Source: Eledone cirrhosa (lineage: Eukaryota). From it: DNA of 64,000 nt. The stretch covers positions 12,586,001 through 12,650,000 of the forward strand of contig OZ024761.1 of the NCBI GenBank assembly GCA_964016885.1. The letters run 5' to 3'. The position numbers were made by a program, and so were the translations under genes. This document shows, piece by piece, positions 13,501-28,900 of the stretch; the first letter of the stretch is position 1, and every line of letters begins with the position of its first letter. A model generated the notes under the pieces. That model was not told the DNA's origin. It did not search any database and was given only the letters and a program-made list of their open reading frames with translations.

Positions 13501-16302
13501 ATAACTGTTATATTGTGTTCACTAATTTCAGTTAAAAAGCAGTAAAAGAACTGATATAGCTCGTTACAGTTATGTAAACAGTATGTCTGGTATATATATG
13601 TCTGTACCAGCAGGATTTGACTTTCCACTCGCATCTCAGACACGAACTGAGTAAGTACCATACCTACTTTATATCTGAGATACTATCATACCATATATTA
13701 TATCTTAGATACTGCCATACCTACTTTATATCTGAGATACTGCCATACCATATATTATATCTGAGATACTACCATACCTACTTTATATCTGAGATACTAT
13801 CATACCATATATTATATCTTAGATACTGCCATACCTACTTTATATCTGAGATACTGCCATACCATATATTATATCTTAGATACTACCATACCTACTTTAT
13901 ATGTGAGATACTGCCATACCATGTATTATATTTGAGATACTACCATACCATATATTATATTTGAGATACTACCATACCGTATTTTATATCTTAGATACTA
14001 CCATACCTACTTTATATCTGAGATACTACCATACCATATATTATATCTGAGATACTACCATACCATATATTATATCTGAGATACTACCATACCATATATT
14101 ATATTTGAGATACTACCATACCATATATTATATCTTAGATACTACCATACCATATATTATATCTTAGATACTACCATACCATATATTATATTTGAGATAC
14201 TACCATACCATATATTATATTTGAGATACTACCATACCATATATTATATTTGAGATACTACCATACCATATATTATATCTTAGATACTACCATACCATAT
14301 ATTATATTTGAGATACTACCATACCATATATTATATTTGAGATACTACCATACCATATATTATATCTTAGATACTACCATACCATATATTATATCTTAGA
14401 TACTGCCATACCATATATTATATCTGAGATACTACCATACCATATATTATATCTGAGATACTACCATACCATATATTATATCTTAGATACTATCATACCA
14501 TATATTATATCTGAGATACTACCATACCATATATTATATCTTAGATACTACCATACCATATATTATATCTTAGATACTACCATACCATATATTATATCTG
14601 AGATACTACCATACCATATATTATATCTTAGATACTGCCATACCATATATTATATCTTAGATACTACCATACCATATATTATATCTGAGATACTACCATA
14701 CCATATATTATATCTGGGATACTACCATACCATATATTATATCTGAGATACTACCATACCTACTTTATATCTGGGATACTACCATACCATATATTATATC
14801 TTAGATACTATCATACCATATATTATATCTTAGATACTACCATACCGTATTTTATATCTTAGATACTATCATACCATATATTATATCTTAGATACTACCA
14901 TACCATATATTATATCTTAGATACTATCATACCATATATTATATCTTAGATACTACCATACCATATATTATATCTGAGATACTACCATACCATATATTAT
15001 ATCTTAGATACTACCATACCTACTTTATATCTTAGATACTACCATACCGTATTTTATATCTTAGATACTATCATACCATATATTATATCTTAGATACTAC
15101 CATACCATATATTATATCTTAGATACTATCATACCATATATTATATCTTAGATACTACCATACCATATATTATATCTGAGATACTACCATACCATATATT
15201 ATATCTTAGATACTACCATACCTACTTTATATCTTAGATACTATCATACCATATATTATATCTTAGATACTACCATACCTACTTTATATCTTAGATACTA
15301 CCATACCATATATCTTAGATACTACCATACATTATATTATATCTTAGATACTACCATACCATATATTATATCTTAGATACTACCATACATTATATAGGAT
15401 AAAAGGATAAAGACCCCATAACCCCTTGTGGGGTCATAGAGGCACAGTCGTATGGCATGTCTAGGGTACTTTTAAACCTGGCAGAGCTCAACCCTCTCCA
15501 GGTCTGAACACAGCCAATTTTTTCTATAGAGGAATAATCAACTCCAGTACTATAAAAAAAAGGGAAAAGATCCCCTTCGGTCACGAATGATCATGTGATT
15601 TACACCTAGATGAACTCCCTCTGAGGCATAAGTCCGGGCAAGCTTGTTTTATAGATGACCGGCAGTCACTCAAATCTGAATACAGCCGAGTTTTTTCTTT
15701 AGAGGAAGAATCAACCTCAGTACTGGACTGGTACTTTTTTTATCGACCTCAAAAGGCAAAGTTGATCTCAGAGCGTGCAATAATGTTGGACCCGTAAAGC
15801 ATTCTATCCGAAGTCTTAACAACTCTGCCAATTTACCACCTTTTTCTAACCCTTTTCACAACCCCAACTCTGTACCATGAAAATAAAATACCATTAACCC
15901 TTTAGCATTTAAACCGACCATATCTGGCCAGAACTTTCTTACTTCTTTCTGTTCAAACCAGCCATAACTGGCCACTTATACTGATGTTAAGGTATTGTTC
16001 TCAAAATAAATAACATCAAAATCTCATAGATTCAATATTATGTGAGATAAAGCGTTTACCACAAAAATACAATAGTAAATATAGAGAATTGTAAATACTA
16101 AAGAGTTAAACATACCGATAACTGATAGCATTCTTTAATTTCGTCTTGTGTCTTTGTTTCTTCCAGACGACCGAAGACTATGTTGTGTGGAGTACGCCAT
16201 TGTAACAAGGTTCGGAAGTATACATGTTCTAAGACTAAAGTACCGCTCTGTGGTTTACAATGTTACAAAAAGAACTTACAGTTCCATAAGCAGGTGTCAT
16301 AA
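4377..16302 (+). CDS. INO80B: INO80 complex subunit B (PAPA-1 / zinc finger HIT) gene, 9 exons identified, 5' start exon unresolved
   Basis: Exons 4377-4578, 6578-6673, 7677-7825, 9211-9383, 10293-10344, 11511-11611, 13079-13135, 13532-13650 and 16167-16302 join in frame with GT-AG introns. Family motifs: HKKHKKHKKKH, IKLRIRLGG, EEQAWLDALEAGELDD, LLTARQRALL, RRLQAQEKREKDKKQTLERLL, and a C-terminal HIT-type Cys cluster. Confidence 0.92.
4809..5992 (+). mobile_element. SINE family C whose 45-bp head is tandemly amplified ~23 times
   Basis: Unit tcagggtggtggattggcagtatcgatagagggtcggacaccatg, then a single body (GAGTTCAAATCC, gactttgcctttcatccttacggggtcgataaaa). Single-head copies at ~9885-10070(-), 19838-20030(-), 21470-21660(+), 32655-32832(-) and 39150-39360(-). 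Confidence 0.85.
5992..6426. mobile_element. Two inverted RTE 3'-end fragments
   Basis: 6190-6426 (+) encodes GRRGRGRPRKTWAEVV and has an (ATG)n tail; 5992-6175 is its reverse complement. Confidence 0.8.
6578..6673 (+). CDS. INO80B: INO80B exon
   Basis: tatatag acceptor, open frame FILKDESNTSTLNEFSPTAATKMKSAAATNS, GTAAGT donor; phase 2-2 fits neighbours. Sequence itself is not conserved. Confidence 0.7.
7677..7825 (+). CDS. INO80B: INO80B exon
   Basis: catcag acceptor, LSSLEDEPVDVDDTQFPDPL...PWGSS, GTTAGT donor; phase 2-1 fits neighbours. Confidence 0.75.
7830..9100. repeat. Compound minisatellite (ctctacta / ctctgtta motifs in a TA background)
   Basis: Higher-order repeat starting right after the 7826 donor. 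Confidence 0.9.
9211..9383 (+). CDS. INO80B: INO80B exon
   Basis: ttctcag acceptor; EEQAWLDALEAGELDDFGEIRKPKDPNLLTARQ; GTGAGT donor. Confidence 0.92.
10293..10344 (+). CDS. INO80B: INO80B exon
   Basis: RALLHGKQEQELLELPS continues the LTARQ motif; GTAAAA donor. Confidence 0.88.
10392..10616. mobile_element. Probable hAT-type MITE
   Basis: Termini CAGGCATGTCAAA / TTTGAGAGGCCTG with imperfect 8-bp flanks gtttagtc / gcttagtg. Confidence 0.45.
10671..10706 (+). ncRNA. Very small hammerhead motif
   Basis: tctt-CTGATGA-a[ggac tagc gtcc]-GAA-A tg T-T-aaga; stem III looks like a decayed ACGT palindrome. Confidence 0.5.
10815..11112 (+). mobile_element. RTE-like LINE 3' fragment
   Basis: ELYGSLP...RRQRLAGHAHRH...VLLWEP...GRGRP...DRDRWR; the same terminus recurs at ~3808-3870. 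Confidence 0.75.
11129..11467 (+). mobile_element. tRNA-derived SINE with RTE-type tail (family A)
   Basis: A box TGGCTTAGTGG, B box GAGTTCAACTC, body ccttgagcaagacactttatttcacattgctccag, tail ggacgtaaaatgatgatg. Many copies in the window. Confidence 0.85.
11511..11611 (+). CDS. INO80B: INO80B exon (PAPA-1 region)
   Basis: YKTVELTEEQIQRRQQRAKKRRLQAQEKREKDK; GTAAG donor. Confidence 0.92.
12585..12896 (-). mobile_element. SINE family A copy, inserted into one arm of a fold-back element (12325-12925)
   Basis: Near-identical reverse complement of 11129-11467. Confidence 0.82.
13079..13135 (+). CDS. INO80B: INO80B exon
   Basis: ttttacag acceptor; KQTLERLLKKQETKSKGPK; GTAGG donor. Confidence 0.9.
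13532..13650 (+). CDS. INO80B: INO80B exon
   Basis: tttcag acceptor; LKSSKRTDIARYSYVNSMSGIYMSVPAGFDFPLASQTRT; GTAAGT donor; supplies the required phase 0-2. Confidence 0.88.
13657..15390. repeat. ~29-bp minisatellite, ~60 copies
   Basis: Unit ccatatattatatctgagatactaccata, starting right after the 13651 donor. Confidence 0.95.
15895..16109 (+). mobile_element. TTAA-flanked MITE (piggyBac-like termini)
   Basis: TTAA-CCCTTTAGCATTTA ... TAAATACTAAAGAG-TTAA. Further copies at ~6715-7150, 11795-12007, 20180-20816 and 34984-35685. Confidence 0.7.
16167..16302 (+). CDS. INO80B: INO80B last coding exon (zf-HIT)
   Basis: RPKTMLCGVRHCNKVRKYTCSKTKVPLCGLQCYKKNLQFHKQVS, stop TAA at 16300-16302. Confidence 0.92.
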
Positions 16303-16744
16303 CCAAAGATGGCTGTGAATTGATTGCAAAATAAATTTTTTTTTTCTTTCTTTAAACTTTTAAATATAAATCACTTGTTTTTTGTCATCATCATCATCAT
16401 TTTACGTCCGCTTTATCTTGCTTGCAAGGGTGGGATGGGTCCTTTTCATCACAGCATCTCTCCATTTGTCATCTCCTCTGTGTGAGCTTCAGCGATCTGA
16501 GGTCAGCTCTCACCAACTCCACCCATTATTGTAATATATATTTCACATTTATTCATGGAGTGTATTGTATGCTTCCATTAAAGGGGGTGTGTGTGTGTAA
16601 GCACGTGTATGAGAGGGTATGAAACTATATTCATTGAGTGATGTAGACATATCTTTTATCAGTGTTTGCATTGGTTTAGATGGGTTGTAAACCTATGAGG
16701 CTTGACAGCTCAGGTAACCATGTTCATACATTCTATTTTGGGTT

Positions 16745-17085
16745 TGATTTCTATGGGGACTTCAATGGACATGCTGGACAGTAGCAGGGTGGCTACACCA
16801 GGGTACATGGTGGTTTATGGTTATGGCTCAAGAAACAAGGAAGGAGTGAAGCTCCTAGAATTCTGTGATTCAAATGAACTAACTTCAATCAGGTGAACAT
16901 ACAAGCCAGATTTCTTGTTAAAAGATGAGATAGATAGACAATTATAAATATTAAGGTCTTCCATGGTGAAGAATGCACCAGACAACATAAGTTTGTTATT
17001 AGTGACATCAGAATAAGCACAAGACACAGGCATATATGGAGAACGAGAATATGGAAGCTAAAGGACCTTTCTGTTAAATATAGAT
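16745..17085 (+). pseudogene. Degenerate RTE endonuclease-region fragment
   Basis: Frameshifted GDFNGH / GYGSRNKEGVKLLEFC motifs. Confidence 0.6.
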
Positions 17086-17775
17086 TGAGAAAAGCACCCA
17101 GCACACACACACTGTAAAGTAGTCGTGTAGGTGTCACAAAAAAAAATAAAAAATAAAAAAAAGCACACAGTACTCACTGTAAATGAGGTTGGTGTTAGGA
17201 AGGGCATCCAGCTGCAGAAATGAAGCCAAAATCAGTTCTGTATGAGCAAGACAAGGTCACCTGACTTGGCATTGTTCACAACAGTACAATCTGTCTAACC
17301 CATGCTAGCCTGGAAGAATGGACATAAAACAGTGATGAGATATATATATATATCAAATGAAGCAACAGAGTAAAGGATTCGCTTTGGTCCCTGTAATATA
17401 ATGAGCTCAAATTTTCCAGGCTCTTCAAATATATAGGAGAGAATACGTAGTTGTGTTTCACTAGTGGTAACGCACACCCTGTAATGAAAACCTTCTTTTC
17501 ATGTATTAAACTCATATATACATATATATATTAAATCAATAGCAATATGACATATATATATATTTTAACGATCGACTTTCGTCAAATCGGACCGAGGAAA
17601 CAATGTTTCCGTTGGTCTTTCCAATTGCTAATACTATCTATCGGTCGCAACTCCATGTAGAAGGAACGTGAAATAAAGTGTCTTGCTCAAGGACATAACG
17701 CATCGCCTGGTCCAGGAATCGAACTCACAACCTTACGATTGCGAATCCAATTCTCTAACCACTCAGCCACACGCC

Positions 17776-17820
<45 letters not shown>

Positions 17821-18884
17821 AACACATCAAACAATTGCAGGGGATAGTTTGTAAAGAGTAACCACAAATAAGGTATCTTTATTCAAAGTGCTTGTTTAAT
17901 TTAAATATGTTACCCCTGTAACTATTTGTGGGTTACACTCTTTACAAATTTTGCCCTGTAATTGTTTGATGTGTTTATTTTATATATATATATATATAAA
18001 ATAAATATATATATATATATCCTACTTTTGATTTAATAGAAATGCTCGAATTTACTACTTGGAATCTTTGAGTATATCCCACAGGTGGTATAGCACAAGA
18101 TTCTGATATTCTCAGATATGATATCCTTAATATAATTTTGGTATACATGAATGTATGTATAGTATATTTGGCAATATACCGTATGTTTAATTAAAAACAT
18201 TTAGAAGACCATATGCTATGAGTTTTAAATAGTGAATATATACTATACATACATTCATGTGTACATCGCTTATGTCAGAGCACCAATACTAATGTGTGTG
18301 TGTGTGTGTGTGTGTGATCTAGGTTTCTATTCAGGAACTACTGGTATCCAAAAGCCATGCTTATGTTTTAATTACAAAATATTAACCGCTTTAATTAGTC
18401 TAAAAGAAATAGAGCGACACAGGAAAACATGAAGAGGAGCAACTTTTATTCATTGCAAGAACGAGAGGTGAAGAATTCATTAAATTTTTTTCTATTTCAT
18501 TTCATTTTTTTTTTTTTTTTTTTTGTGTGTGGTTTTATTTGGTTCTTTTTTTTTTTTTTTGCCATTTCTGCTAAATGGCTGCGTAACTGACTGCTGCCAC
18601 ACAGACAAAGACAGGGAAAGGATCAGATTAACAAGACGACAACAAAAAAAAAAAAAAAATACTTCAACCTCAATAAAAAAAAAAATAAAATAAAAATACA
18701 TTAAAATCGGGGGGGGGGGGGGATGTGTTAAATTTTAAGGCTGAGAAAGTTGTAGAAATACAAATGTTTCTCTTCTAAAGTGAAAAAAATAACCAGATTT
18801 TGTTAGTTTTACGATGGCAGGGGTTAATATTTGAATAAATAGTTATTTCTTACATTGGCGGTGTGGCATGAGAGCCTAAAATTA

Positions 18885-19432
18885 TGGAGACAAGGATTTA
18901 GCTGATTACATCGACTCCACAGTATATAACTGGTAAATTGTGGAGATATTAGCTGATTACATCAACTCCCCCAGTATATAACTGGTAAATTGAGGAGATA
19001 TCATCTGATTACATCGACACCCCAGTGTATAACTGGTAAATTGTGGAGATATTAACTGATTACATTGACACCCCAGTGTATAACTGGTAAAAATATGGAG
19101 ATATTAGCTGATTATATCGACTCCCCAGTATATAACTGGTTAATTATAGAGACGAGGTTGATATTAGCTGATTACATCGATTTCCCAGTATATAACTGGT
19201 AAATTGTGGAGACGAGGAGATATCATCCAATTACATGGACTCCCCAGTGTATAACTGGTAAATAGCGGAGATATTAGCTGATTACATCGATTTTCCCCAG
19301 TATATAACTGGTAAATTGTGGAGACGAGGTTGATATTAACTGTTTACATCAACTCCCCATTATATAACTGGTAAATTGTGGAGATGAGGCGATATCCGAT
19401 TACATCGACTCCCCCCAGTATATAACTGGTGA
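18885..19432. repeat. Degenerate ~50-65-bp tandem repeat
   Basis: Unit ggagatattagctgattacatcgactccccagtatataactggtaaattgt, ~9-10 copies. Confidence 0.85.
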
Positions 19433-21607
19433 AATATATCATTGAATACAACCCACCTCAGCCTCGGAACAATGCAAAGTAAAAGCCGATGTGGACAGGG
19501 AATTAAAAATGTACTGTTTAAATAAATTAAGGGATGTTATATAAACACTGAAAGGTATTCAGCTGACTAACTCAACACTGAATCTTTTGTAAATAAGACG
19601 GCAATGAGCACAAGGTTAAAGTGTAGGCCATGCCTCGTATGTCAACCATACTAAGTTAACGTCTACTTGAGGTTGTGAGACATGGAAAAGACCGGCAGAA
19701 TCTAGTAGAAAACAACTCTCACAGAAGTTAAGTTACAACCACAGTAAAGAATTTCTTGGCATGATCACATCAAGAATGAAGAAGAGATAGAAAGGGACGG
19801 TGGGCCAAGGAGTAATCTACAGAGTACCATCACAATAACTGTTTCTACGTTTGGCACAAGGCCAGCAATTATCCCAGTACATTACTGGTACTTTATTTTA
19901 CCGACCCCCATAAGGATGAAAGGTAGAGCTAACCTCGGCAGGATTTGAACTCAGACTGCAAAGGGCCGTAACTCTATGCTGCAAAACATAGCATAGCATC
20001 CGACCCTCTACCGGTATGCCAATCCACCGCCGTGATACCATCACAATAATATGGTGAAAGATACTTGGCCACTTGCTATGCAATGCCCTTGAAGAGGTAA
20101 GAAAGAGACAAAGCATGTGGTTTCATGGACAGTCTCTGACTAATGATCTGTCCAAACGATACCATCATGGATGCTCGAACCTTTTATCATTACTCTATAT
20201 ATACTATTGTATTTTCACAGTAAAGTCTTTACCTCACATAATATCTCACATAACATTTACATTACTCTATATATACTATTGTATTGTCACAGTAAAGGCT
20301 TTACCTCACATAACATTTACATTACTCTATATATACTATTGAATTTTCACAGTAAAGGCTTTACCTCACATAATATCTCACATAACATTTACATTACTCT
20401 ATATATACTATTGTATTTTCACAGTAAAGGCTTTACATCACATAATACCTCACATAACATTTACATTACTCTATATATACTATTGTATTTTCACAGTAAA
20501 GGCTTTACATCACATAATACCTCACATAACATTTACATTACTCTATATATACTATTGTATTTTCACAGTAAAGGCTTTACCTCACATAATACCTCACATA
20601 ACATTTACATTACTCTATATATACTATTGTATTTTTGTGGTAAAGACTTCATATCATATATTTACCTCACATAATATCGAATCTATGAGATTTTGATATT
20701 ATTTATTTTGAGAACAATAGCTTAACAACAGTGAGTGGCCAATTACAGCCGGTTTGAACAGAAAGAAGTGAGAGAATTCTGGCCAGATATGGCCGGTTTA
20801 AATGCTAAAGGGTTATACCATGCATCTTCACAGGTAGATATAGTAATTGTGATGTAATACAGCGTTACTGTGGGAGGTAGAGGCAAAGGAACACTATCAA
20901 AATATGAAGGTATTAAAAATTTAAAAAAAAGACTTTGAACATCTTTTTTTGTTAGTAAATTAGACAAGAAAGAAGTGAGAGTGGGGCATCGATAATTTAG
21001 CTTTACACTAATTAACAAACTCTGTGATGATACCCATGAGGGTGCCTGGCTGTTTCAGTATCTTAGCCTCGCCATCACCTCACCTTACTGAGGTGTCATG
21101 TGCTGCTCGTGAGTGTAATGACCTCCTGTCCAAGCGATACTATAATGGACGCTCTAACCACCAAGTCATGAACCTGAAGGTAGAGATACTAATTGTGATG
21201 TAAGGAAGTCTTCACCATCATCGTCATCATCATCATCATCATCTTCGTTTAACGTCCATCTTCCATGCTAGCATGGGTTTAGACAGTTGTCCCACTTGAG
21301 GCAAGATTGGTCGGGTGACCGTGTCTCGCTCGTATAGGACTGTATCTGGCAGGTTTTCTATGGCTGGATGCCCTTCCTAACACCAACCACATTTAAGCCT
21401 TGGGCTCTAGTAATACAGCGTTATTACGGGAGATAGAGGCAAAGGAACAACACTATCATAATAATAGGACGGAGGATTGGCAGTATCGGTAGAGGGTTGG
21501 ACGCCATGCTTTGCAGCAAAGAGTTACGTCCCTTTATGGTCTGAGTTCAAATCCCACCGAGGTTAACTTTGCCTTTCATCCTTACAAGGGGTCGATAAAG
21601 TGAAGTA

Positions 21608-21997
21608 TCAGTAATACACTGGAATAATTGCTGGCCTTGTGCCAAAAGTAGAAACAATTATTATAAAATAAAGTACCAGTAATACACTGAGGTTAATTGC
21701 TGGCCTTGTGCCAAAAGTTGAAACAATTATTATAAAATAAAATACCAGTAATACACTGGAATAATTGCTGGCCTTCTGCCAAAAGTTGAAACAATTATTA
21801 TAAAATAAAATACCAGTAATACACTGGAATAATTGCTGGCCTTGTGCCAAAAGTTGAAACAATTATTATAAAATAAAATACCAGTAATACACTGGGATAA
21901 TTGCTGGCCTTGTGCCAAAAGTTGAAACAATTATTATAAAATAAAGTACCAGTAATACACTGGGATAATTGCTGGCCTTGTGCCAAAAGTAGAAACA
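21608..21997 (+). repeat. ~68-bp tandem of the SINE family C tail, ~6 copies
   Basis: Unit aaataaagtaccagtaatacactgggataattgctggccttgtgccaaaagttgaaacaattattata, following the SINE body at 21470. Confidence 0.88.
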
Positions 21998-22351
21998 GTG
22001 ACTGTGGGAGGTAGAGGCAAAGGAACACTATCAGATTATGAAGGTATTAAAAATTTTTTAAGAAAGACCTCGAACATCTTTTGTTAGTAAATTAGACAAG
22101 ATACTAGACGAGAGTGGGGGATGGATTAATTAGCTTTTAATTAATTAACAAACCCTGTGTAAGGACAGTAATCTCTAAATGTTTGTTACTAGCACCACAA
22201 TGAGGAAAGAATGTAAGGACATGAGGAAAGTAGAGAAAGAGAAGGAAAGGGTGGTAGGACATTTTGAAAAATAAATATACCTCCCCCCCTCCCTCTGAAA
22301 AAACATACTTTGATAAACCAAAACCTATCGTGGTGTCAGGGGTGAGTGTAA

Positions 22352-25065
<2,714 letters not shown>

Positions 25066-25095
25066 GGATCATTCACCAATAGAACACTACTAAGC

Positions 25096-25386
25096 TTAAC
25101 TGCTCACTGCCATTTCAATATTAGAATCCCAAGTAGAACTTTTCCCAACTTCAGAGTCACTATCGTCACTTGAGCCATCATCAATGACACCCTGAGCTGC
25201 CAGTTCAAGCAGGACATTGTCTAAGTAGTTTGGATCAGGGTAACCATGACCAGTGTAGTTGGTATACAGCTCTGTTTTGTGGTGTATCTCATTCCAGGTA
25301 ACTGTGTTCGCCTCTCCTGTTGTTGTTGATGTTCCAATTGTGAAGATTAAACGTCTCCTCCATGCTTTGATCAGCAAATTTAGAAC
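25096..25386 (-). CDS. DTX: Deltex last coding exon (DTC)
   Basis: [39 protein letters not shown]...[17 protein letters not shown]...; TAA stop. Confidence 0.95.
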   Translation of the reverse strand, partial: VLNLLIKAWRRRLIFTIGTSTTTGEANTVTWNEIHHKTELYTNYTGHGYPDPNYLDNVLLELAAQGVIDDGSSDDSDSEVGKSSTWDSNIEMAVSS

Positions 25387-25963
25387 CTAAAATATACATT
25401 TTTATATAGATAACAATATATCATATATATATATATATATATATACATAATTGAAAAAGTGGAGAATAACATGGTCAACAGTACAAAGAAGGGGATTTAT
25501 TTGCAGTCTAACAATTGTTTCACTGATAGAGTTGTCTAAAAATTGCTGAACACTAAAAACAGTGCCACTCAATTTTAAATACGATGTTAGTTCTATTAGA
25601 TCTTCGGAAACTGTATTTAAAATCGTATTTAAAATTGAGTGGAACTGTTTTTAGTGTTCAGCAATTTTTAGACAACTCTATCAGTGAAACAATTGTTAGA
25701 CTGCAAATAAATCCCCCTTTTTGTACTGTTGACCATGTTATTTCCCACTTTTCAATATTATTACTCCAAGATAAACTTACATAGGAACACAAGTGAAATC
25801 ATAAACTCGTCATCTACGTAAACCTCTTGTTGAGTCAATCAACGTTGTACGCTAAAACTATCCATGATAAGAAGTATTCACAACCTTTAATTGGATTACC
25901 TATAACAATATTTTGTTATCCTTTTTTTATATATATACATATATATATAATATATATATATAT

Positions 25964-25995
<32 letters not shown>

Positions 25996-28900
25996 ATATC
26001 ATATATATATATGAAGACAGATGGATTAGTGGTTAGAGCATTGGCCTTGCAATCTAAAGATTGTGAGTTCAATTCTCAGACTGGGTGATCTGTTGTTTCC
26101 TTGAGCAAGACCCTTTATTTCACATTGCTCCAGTTTACTCAGCTGTAGAAATGAGATGATAGGACTGGGGTCCCTATCATTCCACTGTAAAGTGGTCGTA
26201 GAGGAGCCACGGCAAAAAAGCACCCACCTCTCACTGTAGAGTGGACGTGTAGGCGCCACAGCAAAAAAGCACCCAGCACAGTTCCCGTCCCACCCTTGGA
26301 AGCACGGAAAATTTCATTTTCATTTTCATTTTTATGTCCGCTTTTTCCCTGCTTGCAAGGGTGGGACGGGAACTGAGTCTGGCTTGATTTTTACAGCTGG
26401 ATGCCCTTCCTAACACCAACCTCATTTACAGTGAGTGCTGGGTGCTTTTTTGCCGTGGCACCTCCACGACCACTTTGCAGTGGAGTGATATGGACCCCAG
26501 TCCCTATCATCTCATTTCTACAGCTAAGTAAACTGGAGCAATGTGAAATAAAGCGTCTTGCTCAAGGAAACAACAGATCACCCGGTCTGAGAATTGAACT
26601 CACAACCTTTTGATTGCAAGGCCAATGCTCTAACCACTAAGCCATGTGCCTCCAAAAGCAGACGTAAAATGCAGGGCACAAGGGATAGTGAGGTAGACAA
26701 ATCCGGTAGAATGTCAATAGTGATTATCCCATTTTCGTGGCATGAAGTGACTGAGAGTACAAGACTTGCCCCTGGACAGGACGCCAGTCCATCGCAGGGT
26801 TAAATCCCCAGTTATTGCTGTTACTCATTTTCAGCTGAGTATACTGGAGCAATGTGAAATAAAGTGTTTTACTCAAGAACACAACAGGCAACCGAGCCTA
26901 GGAATCAAACTCAAGACATTTTGATTGTAAACCCAACACCTTTACCACTAAGCCACACACCTCCACATTTTTACTAGTCAACCAGAAGAAACTAATCAAA
27001 TAACAAACATTACCTTTCTTCCTTTTTCGTTCTCAGGTAAATAACAACACCTGGGAAACCCTTTGGTTGTGAATCTTTTACCAGGATTAGGGTGTTCTGG
27101 ACCCTGCAATTGAAAAAAATAAGATCATCATCATCATCACTATCAGCACCCTTATCATTATCATCACCACCACCACCACCACCACTATCACCACCATCAT
27201 CCTCACTACCACCATCATCACCATCACCACCACCACTATCACCATCACCACCACCACTATCACCACCACCACTATCACCACCACCACCACTATCACCACC
27301 ATCATCCTCACTACCACTATCACCACCACCACCATCACCACTACCACCACCATCATCACCATCACCACCACCACTATCACCACCACCACCACCACTATCA
27401 TCACCATCATCCTCACTACCACTATCACCACCACCACCATCACCACTACCACCACCATCATCACCATCACCACTATCACTCTAAAATGGCAGTGCTGGTA
27501 TCATGACAAAAGCACCCAGTCGACAACCACCCCCACCAGCAGCCCCACAGGTAAATCAAGTCTTACCTGTAATTCCAGCCTTGATGTCATACAATATCAA
27601 CCACCAACCACTACCACCATTCCACATCAACCCCTAACACCACTAGCACTACCAAAGGTAAGTCAAGTCTTACCTGTATACCAGCCTTGATGTCATACAA
27701 TATCCGAATGGTTGCAGTGTTGTGATATCCAGGTAAAGACTCAGGTATTGTGATATAATCCATGTCGCCATCTGGACAATTACCAAGCTTCTTACCATAT
27801 ATGGTCTTACATGTTGGACACTGGATACTGTCATCCTGAAACATAAATATATACACACATATATATAGAGACATATAAATACATACACACATACATACAT
27901 GTATACATACACACACATATATATAGAGACATAAATACATGTATACATACACACACACATATATAGAGACATATAAATACATACACACATATATATATAT
28001 ACACACACACATACATGTATACATACACACACATATATGCTATTAGACATGGCTATGGCCAATACTGGCCAAAAGTTATCAAAGTTATACACACACACAC
28101 ATATACATATATATATATACACACACACACAATAAACAGACCACACTCAACCCTTCAAATACACACAAACACGCAAACAGATTACACTCAACCCTTCAAA
28201 TACACACACACAAACAAACAGATTACACTCAACCCTTCAAATACACACACACAAACAGATTATACTCACCCCTTCAAATATATATACACACACACACACA
28301 TAGCTTACCTTATGTCCATTATTATACATGGCATATAAACAGAGTGTGTGGAAGAAATGTGCACACTTCTTTAATTTGACACATTCCTTCTCAATACCAT
28401 CTCCATAGCCAGATGGTTGATCAAGCTTTTCATAACAAATACAGCAATCCTATACAGGTAAAAATATAAGAAATAGGACATCTTTCAGGTGAAATACAGT
28501 AATCCTATACAGGTAAAAATATAAGAAATAGGACATCTTTCAGGTGAAATAATACAGTAATCCTATACAGGTAAAAATATAAGAAATAGGACATCTTTCA
28601 GGTGAAATACAGTAATCCTATACAGATAAAAATATAAGAAATAGGACATCTTTCAGGTGAAATAATACAGTAATCCTATACAGGTAAAAATATAAGAAAT
28701 AGGACATCTTTCAGGTGAAATAATTTAAGCTGCTGATTAACAAATATGATGACATAAAGGATATTATAATGTAATATAGGACAGGCCTATAGCACTATAT
28801 ACTATAAGTATAGGACAGACCTATAATACATTACAGTGCACTATAAAACAGGCCTATAGTACACTATAAGTGTCCGATAGTGTATGAATGGACACTTATA

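Noticed and set aside
25660-25715. Hammerhead within the 135-bp fold-back
   Set aside because: Has GAAAC and a palindrome but no upstream CUGANGA core.
27087-27484. Pro/Ser-rich and Val/Met-rich ORFs
   Set aside because: (CAC/CAT)n intronic microsatellite.
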